A DNA stretch of 64,000 bases from positions 1 to 64,000 of the forward strand of contig JBJHCF010000020.1 in the NCBI GenBank assembly GCA_050506795.1, read 5' to 3'. The notes under the pieces are model-generated. The model saw only the letters and a program-made list of their open reading frames with translations, was not told the DNA's origin and did not search any database. The position numbers and the translations under genes were made by a program. Source of the DNA: Opitutia bacterium. GTDB lineage: Bacteria; Verrucomicrobiota; Verrucomicrobiia; Opitutales; T3Sed10-336. How positions within the stretch are numbered: position 1 is the first letter of the stretch; every line of letters starts with the position of its first letter. Positions 43,001-51,373 of this stretch are shown here, piece after piece.

Positions 43001-44806
43001 GCCGACCTGGTCATCGGTTCCGCGCTGGAGGGACTGGGCGAGGGATTGGACGCGCTCGATGGCCTGCTTTCGCTCCAGGCGCGCGACGCTTTGGGCGAAG
43101 CAGTGGTGCCCGGGTTTGATGAAATTATCGCAACCGCGGCCCAGCAGATCCGCAACGGAGCCGACGTCCAGGCCGCGCTCGGGCACATCAATTTCGGAGC
43201 CGGGCTTCAGGAAGACCTGGCGGCGGCGACGGCGGGATTTGTATCCGGAAAGCTGGAACCGATATCCGGCGGGCTAAGCGGAGTCAGGAACTTTCTTTCG
43301 CCCGATGAGACCACACAGGTCGGTCAATTCATGCAGGCGGCCATGGGTTTTCTTGATCTGCCGCCCGGACTGGGATCGCTCAGCGTGGACGACCTGATCG
43401 CCCTTGCCGAACTGACCGACGGTCCGGTCCGCGACCGTTTGGAAGAGCTGCGCGAGCGCATGGAGGAGCTGCGAGAACTGGTCGAAAACGTTTCGGGTCT
43501 GGGCGATCAACTGGAGAATCTGCTGACCGGCGCCAACGCCGAGTTTATGGGTCTTCAGACAGGCGTTCGGAACGCCCTCGAAGGCTACTTTGAAACCGTT
43601 CACGCCGATCCGTCCGCCTACACTCAGGCGGAGATCGAGGCGCGCATCCGCAACGAAATCGAAGACCGCCTTTGGGCGCTGCCGGTCACCGGACAGGTGC
43701 AAAACGTCCTGCGTTCGCGATTCTACCACTTCGATCATCTGATCACGCAGGTGGTCTCCAATGCGCTGGAAATGATCAATCGCGCCATCGCCGACATTAT
43801 CGCGGAAGCGGTCGATCTGGACGAACTGCTCAACGACCTGACCGGATTTACCGGCTACGTGCAGGCTTTCAGTCTCAAGGGCGAGGCGATAATAACCGGA
43901 AACGATCTTACGTACCTCTCCCTCAAAGGCCGGACCACCATCCAGACGGAACCGGTGCCGCTGGACTTTCATCCGTTCTACGAATACCAGCAGCTTCACT
44001 CGGATGGAGCCTCCGGGTGCGATCCGAACGCGCAACCGGTCCAGTTCAACCGGATCACCATGGGCGCGACGGTGGCGCCGGCGCGCATGCCGATCGGCGA
44101 GGTAAGTGTCACCGTCTCCACCCAGTTCTCATTCATGGAAGACGGGCGCATCATCGGATTCATGGGCGGATTCGAGTTCCTGCAGGAGGGACTCTCCATG
44201 CAGCCGGTAAACTTCGACCGTATCAACGCGCTGATCAATATCGGCGGAGACGGAGGGAGTGAACAACCCTTCGCGAGTTTCGAGTTTTACTTCGCCGCCG
44301 AAGGCCATGCCACCGTGTTCGCCAACAGCGGCCCCGTTCAGATTCCCTGGAGCAACTTCAAGCTGCACGGCGGCATCTTCCTTGGGAAGACCTGCACCGA
44401 CGCCCCTTACGCCGCCTGGGCGCCGGGCCACGTGGTGAACAATCTTCCGGGGTCCGCCTTCACCGGCGCGATCGCCGCGGTTGATGGGAAGTTTCCCTTT
44501 ATTGATGCCGGTTGTTTGCTGCGTGTAAAAGCGGGCGCGGGCATCGGCGCCTGGGGCGTGGCCGATATGCAGGGCAAGGTCTCTCTCGGCGCGTTTGTGG
44601 AGGGGAGCGTCAGCGGGAGATTCGCCTGTATTATCTCCGGTGACGGTTCGGTTTTGTTGATCGGCCTGGCCGATGAAAACGGCGCGTCGATGAGCGGTTC
44701 GATTGAAGCCAACATCACGGCCGGCGCCTGTCCGCTGTGCCTCGAATTCGAAAGCAAGATCGGGGTGACCCTAGGGACGCCCGGCGGCCTTTCGGTGAAT
44801 CTGTGA
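40043..44806 (+). CDS. Giant exported hypothetical protein (about 1590 aa; beta-rich / alpha-helical / beta-rich)
   Basis: Long open frame, predicted signal peptide ending near ATLTA-QP, GAGG upstream of ATG 40043; no family recognised. Confidence 0.85.
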   Translation: MWTGPFEAWTRWCSVCVLWAVGAATLTAQPAEVMVSSPDVTMGTSWVLDTDPSQSTVQLTVGFLVNRDQPMGEPRDIPFRIDVRMVQDSEDPVLAGFVVETFAVHVSPVVVDMQLVFPLSITPDIVLSEHHGYVLHVAVFHDDDPPSGDFQFDHLIEDGPHDIAHFSGLLRFGSVETTVNALSVPPEFLGAPGDWRLVLAEGELANGTPFLNGPPPSTPHLDVQRDDSDGSVSVVDGSVLLDPPDSGFSVNGWSGQLGRVTLDANGLVAHSFRLDLPEGTGWRSADNNDPAIPRTLNPTFLSEGGVLPVDEDLQPIAGASGTFFQSHEFVDERQAIGFVSDEWSWDLETLRIGQPETRFFRQWYHDQWKSVKGDLPDTNDGYFDQLLADALTDLHIRPGMAGGFSVELGLAAGEFFTHFPHGYVRHQGGMIRLENSMPDPTVSGLNGATTAIVTHTGCRSEEDPHALPNPATMEAVAVGPGAVRFTAHGSLWTEGAPLTSLQGATVPIVRRAAAGLDPDTGLPVHETDDYIGQPVQILIPGALAPAAPGVPGALNPARWLYTGLRPDDDDALEPPGTSAYLAGAADYAGVNFRHFPGLNGVSRIGGGVMGPYALESCQKVYARSSGVTGRWVADASSLPPSMQIGGPDPFTMEFNVWAFQLVGNEPQFEYSAVTGSVSLPYPADMTLAFDSIEFSCCGNLDRVSLADGQSVQELAYWANSRIAIQSARFVSADDCSMEDSALELHVRARVNGFPNDLDGILLFRGSGRMTTGLDDPLPASALYVPTGSPFAGDYILTSVRHAYYNDPGPVDPNQSGPGEGFISVAGHLQLPFFEAMEVHAVLNGTDPPPAGNPDTIPGMRRGWTDNGDTFFNNANFDAAHLGLPPGFATGFAYVTGLDEAHLTIARRTWFGKIPFNFPVLYDPFTRHFHSVEKKEIDIIIAQAEADVPRLNHRQAAIDFGITVGLSLNNLFSDVLEFATGHLVEGFADLVIGSALEGLGEGLDALDGLLSLQARDALGEAVVPGFDEIIATAAQQIRNGADVQAALGHINFGAGLQEDLAAATAGFVSGKLEPISGGLSGVRNFLSPDETTQVGQFMQAAMGFLDLPPGLGSLSVDDLIALAELTDGPVRDRLEELRERMEELRELVENVSGLGDQLENLLTGANAEFMGLQTGVRNALEGYFETVHADPSAYTQAEIEARIRNEIEDRLWALPVTGQVQNVLRSRFYHFDHLITQVVSNALEMINRAIADIIAEAVDLDELLNDLTGFTGYVQAFSLKGEAIITGNDLTYLSLKGRTTIQTEPVPLDFHPFYEYQQLHSDGASGCDPNAQPVQFNRITMGATVAPARMPIGEVSVTVSTQFSFMEDGRIIGFMGGFEFLQEGLSMQPVNFDRINALINIGGDGGSEQPFASFEFYFAAEGHATVFANSGPVQIPWSNFKLHGGIFLGKTCTDAPYAAWAPGHVVNNLPGSAFTGAIAAVDGKFPFIDAGCLLRVKAGAGIGAWGVADMQGKVSLGAFVEGSVSGRFACIISGDGSVLLIGLADENGASMSGSIEANITAGACPLCLEFESKIGVTLGTPGGLSVNL

Positions 44807-44814
44807 GGAAAATG

Positions 44815-47800
44815 ATGGGAATCCAAAATCAAAGCCGCCTCACGGCCCCCGCCTTTCTTCTCTTTGCCACGCTCTCGGCTTCTGTCGCCATGGCGTCGCC
44901 CCAAGTGGGGGTGGTCGGACAGGTGGGGGAGCCGGCTTCACCCGGGGAGCGGTACGTTTTTATTTACTTGCAGTACCTTGGCGGCGCCGCACCGGACTCG
45001 GCGTACGCCATCTATCACAAACCGGGCCTCGCCGATTCGCCGGTCCCGTACGAACGACTCGCGGTGATTCGTGAGACGATGCACATCCCGACCATCGCGG
45101 CGCTCATGCAGCGGGCGTCGGACGCGGGATTCGATAACGGCGCGTTGGAGACGTTGCTCGACGATGTGCTTCCGCCCGGACCGTACACCGACCTGGCGGA
45201 GAAACTGGCTGCGTTTTATCTCACCGAACCCTCCGGCATCTTCGCGTACCAAAAGGCGGTGGTGGCCCGGTTTTTTCCGCAGACCGCCATGCCCCTTGGC
45301 CAGGCGTACATCGCGCGCGCGCAAGACAGCGGCCCCAACACCTTCGAGGTCCGCGGATATGATCCCGTGACCGACACCTCGGGGGCGGTGGTGGGAAGGG
45401 TCACCACGCCCGCCGAACCCGCGCTGCTTCCGCCGCCGGGCGACCTTTCCGAGATGGTCGAAGCGACGCCCCGCGGTCATTTGCGAGTCCACCTGCGCTG
45501 GTGCCTCCCCCAGACGCTGCGCGAGATGAGCCTGCACTGGAGCGGATTCCGGGTGTTCCGGGTGCCGCACGAGTCCTGGCAGCAGGCGTTCGGCGAGGAC
45601 CCGCCCTTGGATATGTCCCATCAATTTCTCATGGATCTGGTCTCGGCGGAGATGGCGATTCCGGTGAACGGTGTCCCCATCGCACCCGGCGCGGAGCTTC
45701 CCTGTCCGGTTCCGGGAGACAGTGAGGTTTTCTTCATGACCGACGACAACGATTCGGCCGACCGGATGGCGTTCGAGTTGGGCGGAGAGTTCTTCGAGGA
45801 CGGATTCGAGGCCACCTACTTCGTTGCGGCGGTTGATCATTTTGGGCGGATCGGGGAGCCGGGTCCGGGGCTGCCGGTGACGATCTGCGACCGCCTGCCC
45901 CCGCTATCGCCGTCGCGCGTCAGGGTGGACAACATCTACCGTCAGGAAGGCGCCGACGACCACGCGCTGCTGATCAGTTGGCGCCGCGACGATCCGGAGG
46001 AAGTCGTAAGGTACCACGTTTACCGATACGAGAATCCCGATGACGTTCTCGCCGACCGTCAGTCCCCGCTCTGGCCGGAGACGGCGAACCGGATCGCCGT
46101 GGTGGACAATAACGGCGTCGAAGAGCGTATCCGCTTTACCGACACCACCCCGGGTGCGCTTTCCCTTCCGGGCGACGACGGGGTGACGCGCTGGTTTTCG
46201 ATTGTCGCCGAAGACGGCACCTCGTGTCCGGGGCCGCTCGGCTACGGGAATCTCAGTGGACCCAGCGGTCCGGTGCCCGGCGCGCTTTACAACCTGGCCG
46301 GACCCGCGGCGCCGGAAGGGCGCCTGCGGATGCCGTGCTGTGACGTTGTGGCGACGCAGGACGACCTGGGGACGTTTTCCCGCGATCCGCTCCGTCTGAC
46401 TGCGATGCGGCTGCACAACAAGATCGACTGGGTGGAATTTCGTGACGCGCCGTCCGACACCTTTCTGGGGAGGTTTCATTTCGGCAACAGCGAGCTGGTG
46501 ATTGCGACGCCGCATTTCCAGGGCGGGGCGGCGATTTTCCAGGCGCGGTTCGGCACGGCTTACGAGCACGTTTCCGACTGGGTGGGCGCGCACTCGGTCA
46601 CGGGCCCTCCCTACCCGGAACATTCCTGGGTGGGTGAGTGGGTGTGTCGCCCGGCCTCGTTCTGTCCCGACGGCGTGATCGATCCGGTCGATCCGAATAC
46701 CGGCACCTTACACGGTGTGTGCGTTGATCTGATCAATCCTCCGGACAACGTGGTGGAAGCGGCGCTGTACCGGCGCCTCGGTGACGACGGGCCGCTGGTG
46801 ATGTTGCGAAGGGAGAGGCTCGACACCAATGGCGACGGAGTGAACGACCTGACCGAACTCTGCGAACCCGCCCCGCCGGCAAATCCAGGGTTGGCGTGTT
46901 ATTATCTGCAGTACTTCGACCGGAACGGCAATCCGAGTGTTGTTGTTTCCCTCGACTGTATCCAGACCCGAGGTACGGAGGACTATCCCGTTCCGCGCAT
47001 CACCCACTTCTTCGCCCAGGACTACGAGGGCGGGGTACTACCTGTCGCCGGGGTGCCCCTGGCGTGGTTCTGTCCGCGTCCGGGTGTCGATCGTTTTGAG
47101 ATCGCGGTGACGCCGCCCCCGCCGGGAGTGGAGACCACGTTCCAGGGCGGACACGAAGCGGGTGTCGGGCCGATCTGGGGGGTGGTGGATTCCGACCGGT
47201 TGCCCAATGGTTTTGGGGAGGGGACACCGAATTTCGCCACCACCCTTATTCTCGAACGCGGGGTGATTTACCAGGCGAAGGTGCGCGCGGTGGGGGAGGG
47301 CGTGTACGGAGATCGCGAAGCTGGCGCCTGGAGTGATACCGCGCAGATTGTCTGGCTCTTCGATCCCGAATCCGGCGACGATCCGCCCATCGAGGATTGT
47401 CCGACTCCGTGGCCGGCGCGCGAGATCGCGCCGCTGATCACCGACCCGGCGCGCCAGTTGGAGGCCTGGCTGGTGGATTGGACGGACAATATTGGCGGTG
47501 TCATCACGCCGGTCACTGAAATCTGGGTCAAGGTAGGCGAGTTCGAGGATGGGCAAGTACTCTCGGGCTCCATACCCGGATTCACCACCGCACCGCCGCC
47601 GCGGGTCCGAGGCGAGGACTTGAACGACAATCTTCTGGTCCCGCTCGCCTTCACCGTGTACCTGCACCAGACCACGGAAAACAGCCGGGGAACCCTGCTG
47701 CAGGTCAGTCATTACGTCGATGAGATTCTGACCACCGAAGGACCCGAACCGGGGGAAATCAACATAATAGACCGCGCGTTCGCGGTCGCCGGGCTCGGAG

Positions 47801-47967
47801 AGCCCGATGCCGACGGGACCGCACCGAAAGCGGGCCTTTGGTTCCGTGTGCGTCACCCGCTGATCGCGGACCGCACCTACCGTTGTGCCGTCGTTGTCCA
47901 CGGAGGCGACCGCGAACCGATCGAAACCTTGCGCACGGTGGAGGTTGCCGTGCCGGAATGGCCATGA
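44815..47967 (+). CDS. Large exported protein with fibronectin-III-like tandem domains
   Basis: Signal peptide; FN3-like patterns VHLRW..GFRVFR..YFVAAVDHFG, LISW..YHVYRY..FSIVAED..GNLSGPS, YQAKVRAVG..GAWS; start 44812 or 44815. Confidence 0.8.
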   Translation: MGIQNQSRLTAPAFLLFATLSASVAMASPQVGVVGQVGEPASPGERYVFIYLQYLGGAAPDSAYAIYHKPGLADSPVPYERLAVIRETMHIPTIAALMQRASDAGFDNGALETLLDDVLPPGPYTDLAEKLAAFYLTEPSGIFAYQKAVVARFFPQTAMPLGQAYIARAQDSGPNTFEVRGYDPVTDTSGAVVGRVTTPAEPALLPPPGDLSEMVEATPRGHLRVHLRWCLPQTLREMSLHWSGFRVFRVPHESWQQAFGEDPPLDMSHQFLMDLVSAEMAIPVNGVPIAPGAELPCPVPGDSEVFFMTDDNDSADRMAFELGGEFFEDGFEATYFVAAVDHFGRIGEPGPGLPVTICDRLPPLSPSRVRVDNIYRQEGADDHALLISWRRDDPEEVVRYHVYRYENPDDVLADRQSPLWPETANRIAVVDNNGVEERIRFTDTTPGALSLPGDDGVTRWFSIVAEDGTSCPGPLGYGNLSGPSGPVPGALYNLAGPAAPEGRLRMPCCDVVATQDDLGTFSRDPLRLTAMRLHNKIDWVEFRDAPSDTFLGRFHFGNSELVIATPHFQGGAAIFQARFGTAYEHVSDWVGAHSVTGPPYPEHSWVGEWVCRPASFCPDGVIDPVDPNTGTLHGVCVDLINPPDNVVEAALYRRLGDDGPLVMLRRERLDTNGDGVNDLTELCEPAPPANPGLACYYLQYFDRNGNPSVVVSLDCIQTRGTEDYPVPRITHFFAQDYEGGVLPVAGVPLAWFCPRPGVDRFEIAVTPPPPGVETTFQGGHEAGVGPIWGVVDSDRLPNGFGEGTPNFATTLILERGVIYQAKVRAVGEGVYGDREAGAWSDTAQIVWLFDPESGDDPPIEDCPTPWPAREIAPLITDPARQLEAWLVDWTDNIGGVITPVTEIWVKVGEFEDGQVLSGSIPGFTTAPPPRVRGEDLNDNLLVPLAFTVYLHQTTENSRGTLLQVSHYVDEILTTEGPEPGEINIIDRAFAVAGLGEPDADGTAPKAGLWFRVRHPLIADRTYRCAVVVHGGDREPIETLRTVEVAVPEWP

Positions 47968-50900
47968 GGAGTAAAGGGAACAGTCACGTGCATGGAATTT
48001 TCCGGCGATTTGCGCGCGGCGCCGCTGACGCATTGAAGACGGCCCCGAGCCTGTTTGTTCGGTATTTGGGCGTTTTTGCGTTCCTTGTTCTTGCTTTCCC
48101 AGCGTACGCATCAACCGCATACAGCACGCTCGCGCTCACGGACTCCGCAGGCGAGCCGGTATTGGTGGTGCACGACGAACTTGCGGGGGTGTTGACGATC
48201 GCGAAAGGATGGAACCAATCCGACTTGGAATTCATCTACGTGCCGGTGCGCCGGTACGGGTTTACGGAAGGACATCTGATTCGCGCGGGAGATTTCAACG
48301 GCGACGGCTTGCTGGATCTCGTGCTGCCGGCGTATGCGACGAATCGGGTGCTGGTCCTTTGGGGCGCGGACCTGGAAGGCCCGAACGTTCCGGTGGATCT
48401 GTTTTCCCCCGGTCCGGGACCGGCGTTCGTGGCGCCGGCGCGGATCGGTCGGGCGCCGGCGGAAGCCGTGCTGGCAGCGAGCACGGCGCGAGCGAACGTT
48501 CAGGTACGCGGGTGGGACGCGGTCGCGAGAACGCCGGTCACCACCGCGGCGGATTATCCGGAGGGGTTTGGGCAGGACGGTATTTTCGGGTTTGAAACGG
48601 CGGCCTATTCCCGGGGAGGATCCGATCCCGTCCTTGGAATCCTGCGCCGCGATGCCGGCGCGGAGTTCGTGGTCCTTAAGATTGTCCACCGGGCACCCCC
48701 GCCGGAGTACGGTCCGGACAATGAAATCACGTCATGGAATTCGGCAGGGGACCACACGCGCCTGATCAGCGGACACCCTGCCGGGGAAAACGAGGCGGGC
48801 TGGTTTCTTGCGTATGCTCCGGGGGCATCGTTGCTGGAGTTTTTCCCTTCGAATCCGGGGGACTCTTTGGTTGCCGATCTCGGGAGTCCGGTGGCTCAGG
48901 TTTGGTTCCTGCCCGAGGTCGACGACGAGGTCCTGGTTCTCTTCCAGAATGGCCAGCTGGCGCAATATGACTTCTCGCCGGAAACGGGCCTGACTTTGGC
49001 CCAGGCATTCAGTCCGCCGCCGGGAATGGGTTTCGCCGGAGCGGCCGGGGGCAACGGAACATTGATGGCCCTGCTTTCGGATGTTTCGGGAGCATTGACC
49101 CGGTTCCAGGTGTTTACCAAAGGACCGCAAGGGTATGAACTAACCAACGAAGGAGACTGGCCGGTTCTTCCGGTGACTGAGGGGGTGGTTACCGTCGTGC
49201 TGTACACCGGCGACCCGTTTGCGATGCCGGCTCCGTTCGCGTTTGAGACGTTCGCGGCGGGGGAGTGGACGAGCGACGCCGCGTTCGACCAGGGAACGGT
49301 TTCGGCCTGGGTGGAGACGTTTGGCGGATCGGCGCAGGGACTGGGGAATCCGTTGCTGCAACTCTTTCAGCCCGCGGCGGACCCGGGTCCCGGCGGGGCG
49401 GCGAGGGGCAACCAGTGGGAACCGTCCTCCAGCCTGCATTACCTGGCGCCGGCGGCCACGGCCGACGGAATCGCGGCGGTGGCGATCCTGCCGTCCCCCG
49501 GGAGTTATCCGAACACGATCGCCGTTACCTTTCAGGCCGGCGAAGACGTTTCGGTGCAGTACCGAGTGAACAACGGTCCCTGGCAGAGCGGGTTGGGGCC
49601 GTTCCTGGTTACTCAGGATGCCACCGTGGAGTACTACGGCGAGCACATCAGCGGCGCCCTCAGTTCGATTCACACGGCGGTCTATAAGATTAGCCAGTCG
49701 CTCGTGGTGGATACGGACGGCGACGGTGTTCCCGACATCATCGAGGACCTGGCCGGAACCAATCCCTTCGATCCCGATTCGGGGGGGAACGGATTCGGCG
49801 ATTTCAACTGGATCCTCTACGGCGATCCGCAGGACCCGAACGCGGCGCCTGCGCATGCGGCTTTGCCCTTCGACCATGTCAAGGTGGAGGTTTTGTGGGA
49901 CGGGGATGGAGCCGCGTTGCCGGCGGCGGGGCAGAAGCTGTTCGTCGGGAATCTGTCCAACCACCACCTGGGGACCGCGGAGGGGTCGCCGTCGAGTCCG
50001 CGCAAATACGACAACATCACGCTCAAACGCGGTCTGACCGAAAACAACGCCGTCGCGAAGTTCTGGTTTCCAGCGAGTTATCTGGTGGAGGGGAACAGTC
50101 CGGACGAACCCGTGGGACCGGCCATGACGGCGCTCGGGGGAGTCCCATCCGCTCCGCTGCCGTCCATATCACTGGACCTCGACGCCGAGGATCCACTGGA
50201 AGCCTGGCGCCAGGCGGCGCTGGCCGCGGTAGAGGAGCACGAAAACACCGTTGTCGAATTCACCATAGGTCCATCCAGCACGATGGCCGCCCTGGTGTTT
50301 GAATATTGGTACGGGACGCGTCTGGTGGAGTTGGGGCGCCTGCCGGCGCTGGACGACCGTCCCCGTCTGGCGGATACGCCGCGTTCCGTACGCTCCGGGA
50401 TCGCGATGCTCGCGGACGTCGAGGCCATCGAAACGCCGCAGGGCGAGGAGTTGCCGGCGCATGAACTGGCGCACGTGGTCCAGCAGGTCAACGAAGCGGT
50501 GGGGGTGGATCCGAGTTTCCTGGCGCTGAGGGAGACGGCGGAGGCGTTTTATGGACAGGCGATCAACGCGGCGCGCGACGGGACCCCGCTCGATCCGCCG
50601 ATCGAGGCGTTGCGGCGAGCGCTTACGGGAAGCGTCCCCGCGGGGTACGTGCTGCCACATGAGCCGGCGGTGCTGGAGTCCCAGCGTGACCAGATTTTGA
50701 ATGCGGTTGCATCACGCGGGCTGGTTGTTTTGATCGGGACGCTTTCGCGCAGCGGCGACGAATTGATCCTGCATTCGGAAGGGCGGCTCTACCTGCTGCG
50801 CGACCGGCGCGGGCGACCGTATCGCCTGGCGGGGTCGGGACTGGTTGTTGACGGGAGTTTGGCGCGGGTGACCGGGGCGGTCCTGCCGTCAAACGATGTC

Positions 50901-51365
50901 GCGATCGAAGAATTGATAATCGCGGTGGAAAGAATTGAAGTGGAGTCGGTTCCGGCGACTGCCGACACCGACCTCAACGGCAACAGCCTGCCGGATTCCT
51001 GGGAGCTGTTTTTCCTCGGTACATTGAAGCACGGCGTCTGGGACGATCTAAACGGCGACGGGTTTTCCCTGGGTGAGGCCTATTTGGCGGGACTTGACCC
51101 GCGTGATCCCTTTTCCAGTCCGCCCGGTGCTCCGGCGGTTCCTCGAAATCTCCGACTAAGCCTCGACGCCCCGAACGGCCCGCGGGTGGAGTGGGACGGT
51201 GCCTTTGTCGCCGAATACGAGTTGTGGCAATCCAGGGACATGGTCCAATGGACGCCGCATCCGGGGAAGATCGACCGGGAGGGCGACCGCGAACATTCGG
51301 TGGACGTTGAACTCGATGATCCGCGCGGCTTTTATCAGTTGCTTATTCGCCTTCCAATACCCTGA
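47964..51365 (+). CDS. Large exported protein: FG-GAP repeat, chitobiase/Fn3-like domain, TSP3-like Ca-binding motifs, Verrucomicrobia-type C-terminal tail
   Basis: ATGA overlap with upstream stop; GDFNGDGLLDLV; PSPGSY...VQYRVNNGPW...TVEYYG; DTDGDGVPD..E..AGTNP; DLNGNSLPDSWE; QSRDMVQW...GFYQL. Confidence 0.8.
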   Translation: MRSKGNSHVHGIFRRFARGAADALKTAPSLFVRYLGVFAFLVLAFPAYASTAYSTLALTDSAGEPVLVVHDELAGVLTIAKGWNQSDLEFIYVPVRRYGFTEGHLIRAGDFNGDGLLDLVLPAYATNRVLVLWGADLEGPNVPVDLFSPGPGPAFVAPARIGRAPAEAVLAASTARANVQVRGWDAVARTPVTTAADYPEGFGQDGIFGFETAAYSRGGSDPVLGILRRDAGAEFVVLKIVHRAPPPEYGPDNEITSWNSAGDHTRLISGHPAGENEAGWFLAYAPGASLLEFFPSNPGDSLVADLGSPVAQVWFLPEVDDEVLVLFQNGQLAQYDFSPETGLTLAQAFSPPPGMGFAGAAGGNGTLMALLSDVSGALTRFQVFTKGPQGYELTNEGDWPVLPVTEGVVTVVLYTGDPFAMPAPFAFETFAAGEWTSDAAFDQGTVSAWVETFGGSAQGLGNPLLQLFQPAADPGPGGAARGNQWEPSSSLHYLAPAATADGIAAVAILPSPGSYPNTIAVTFQAGEDVSVQYRVNNGPWQSGLGPFLVTQDATVEYYGEHISGALSSIHTAVYKISQSLVVDTDGDGVPDIIEDLAGTNPFDPDSGGNGFGDFNWILYGDPQDPNAAPAHAALPFDHVKVEVLWDGDGAALPAAGQKLFVGNLSNHHLGTAEGSPSSPRKYDNITLKRGLTENNAVAKFWFPASYLVEGNSPDEPVGPAMTALGGVPSAPLPSISLDLDAEDPLEAWRQAALAAVEEHENTVVEFTIGPSSTMAALVFEYWYGTRLVELGRLPALDDRPRLADTPRSVRSGIAMLADVEAIETPQGEELPAHELAHVVQQVNEAVGVDPSFLALRETAEAFYGQAINAARDGTPLDPPIEALRRALTGSVPAGYVLPHEPAVLESQRDQILNAVASRGLVVLIGTLSRSGDELILHSEGRLYLLRDRRGRPYRLAGSGLVVDGSLARVTGAVLPSNDVAIEELIIAVERIEVESVPATADTDLNGNSLPDSWELFFLGTLKHGVWDDLNGDGFSLGEAYLAGLDPRDPFSSPPGAPAVPRNLRLSLDAPNGPRVEWDGAFVAEYELWQSRDMVQWTPHPGKIDREGDREHSVDVELDDPRGFYQLLIRLPIP

Positions 51366-51373
51366 TTCCGCCT

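Noticed and set aside
40043..51365. Calling the giant operon a complete eCIS, T6SS or prophage tail locus
   Set aside because: No sheath, baseplate, VgrG/PAAR or AAA ATPase gene is recognisable; only two short motifs are present, and the proteins carry signal peptides.
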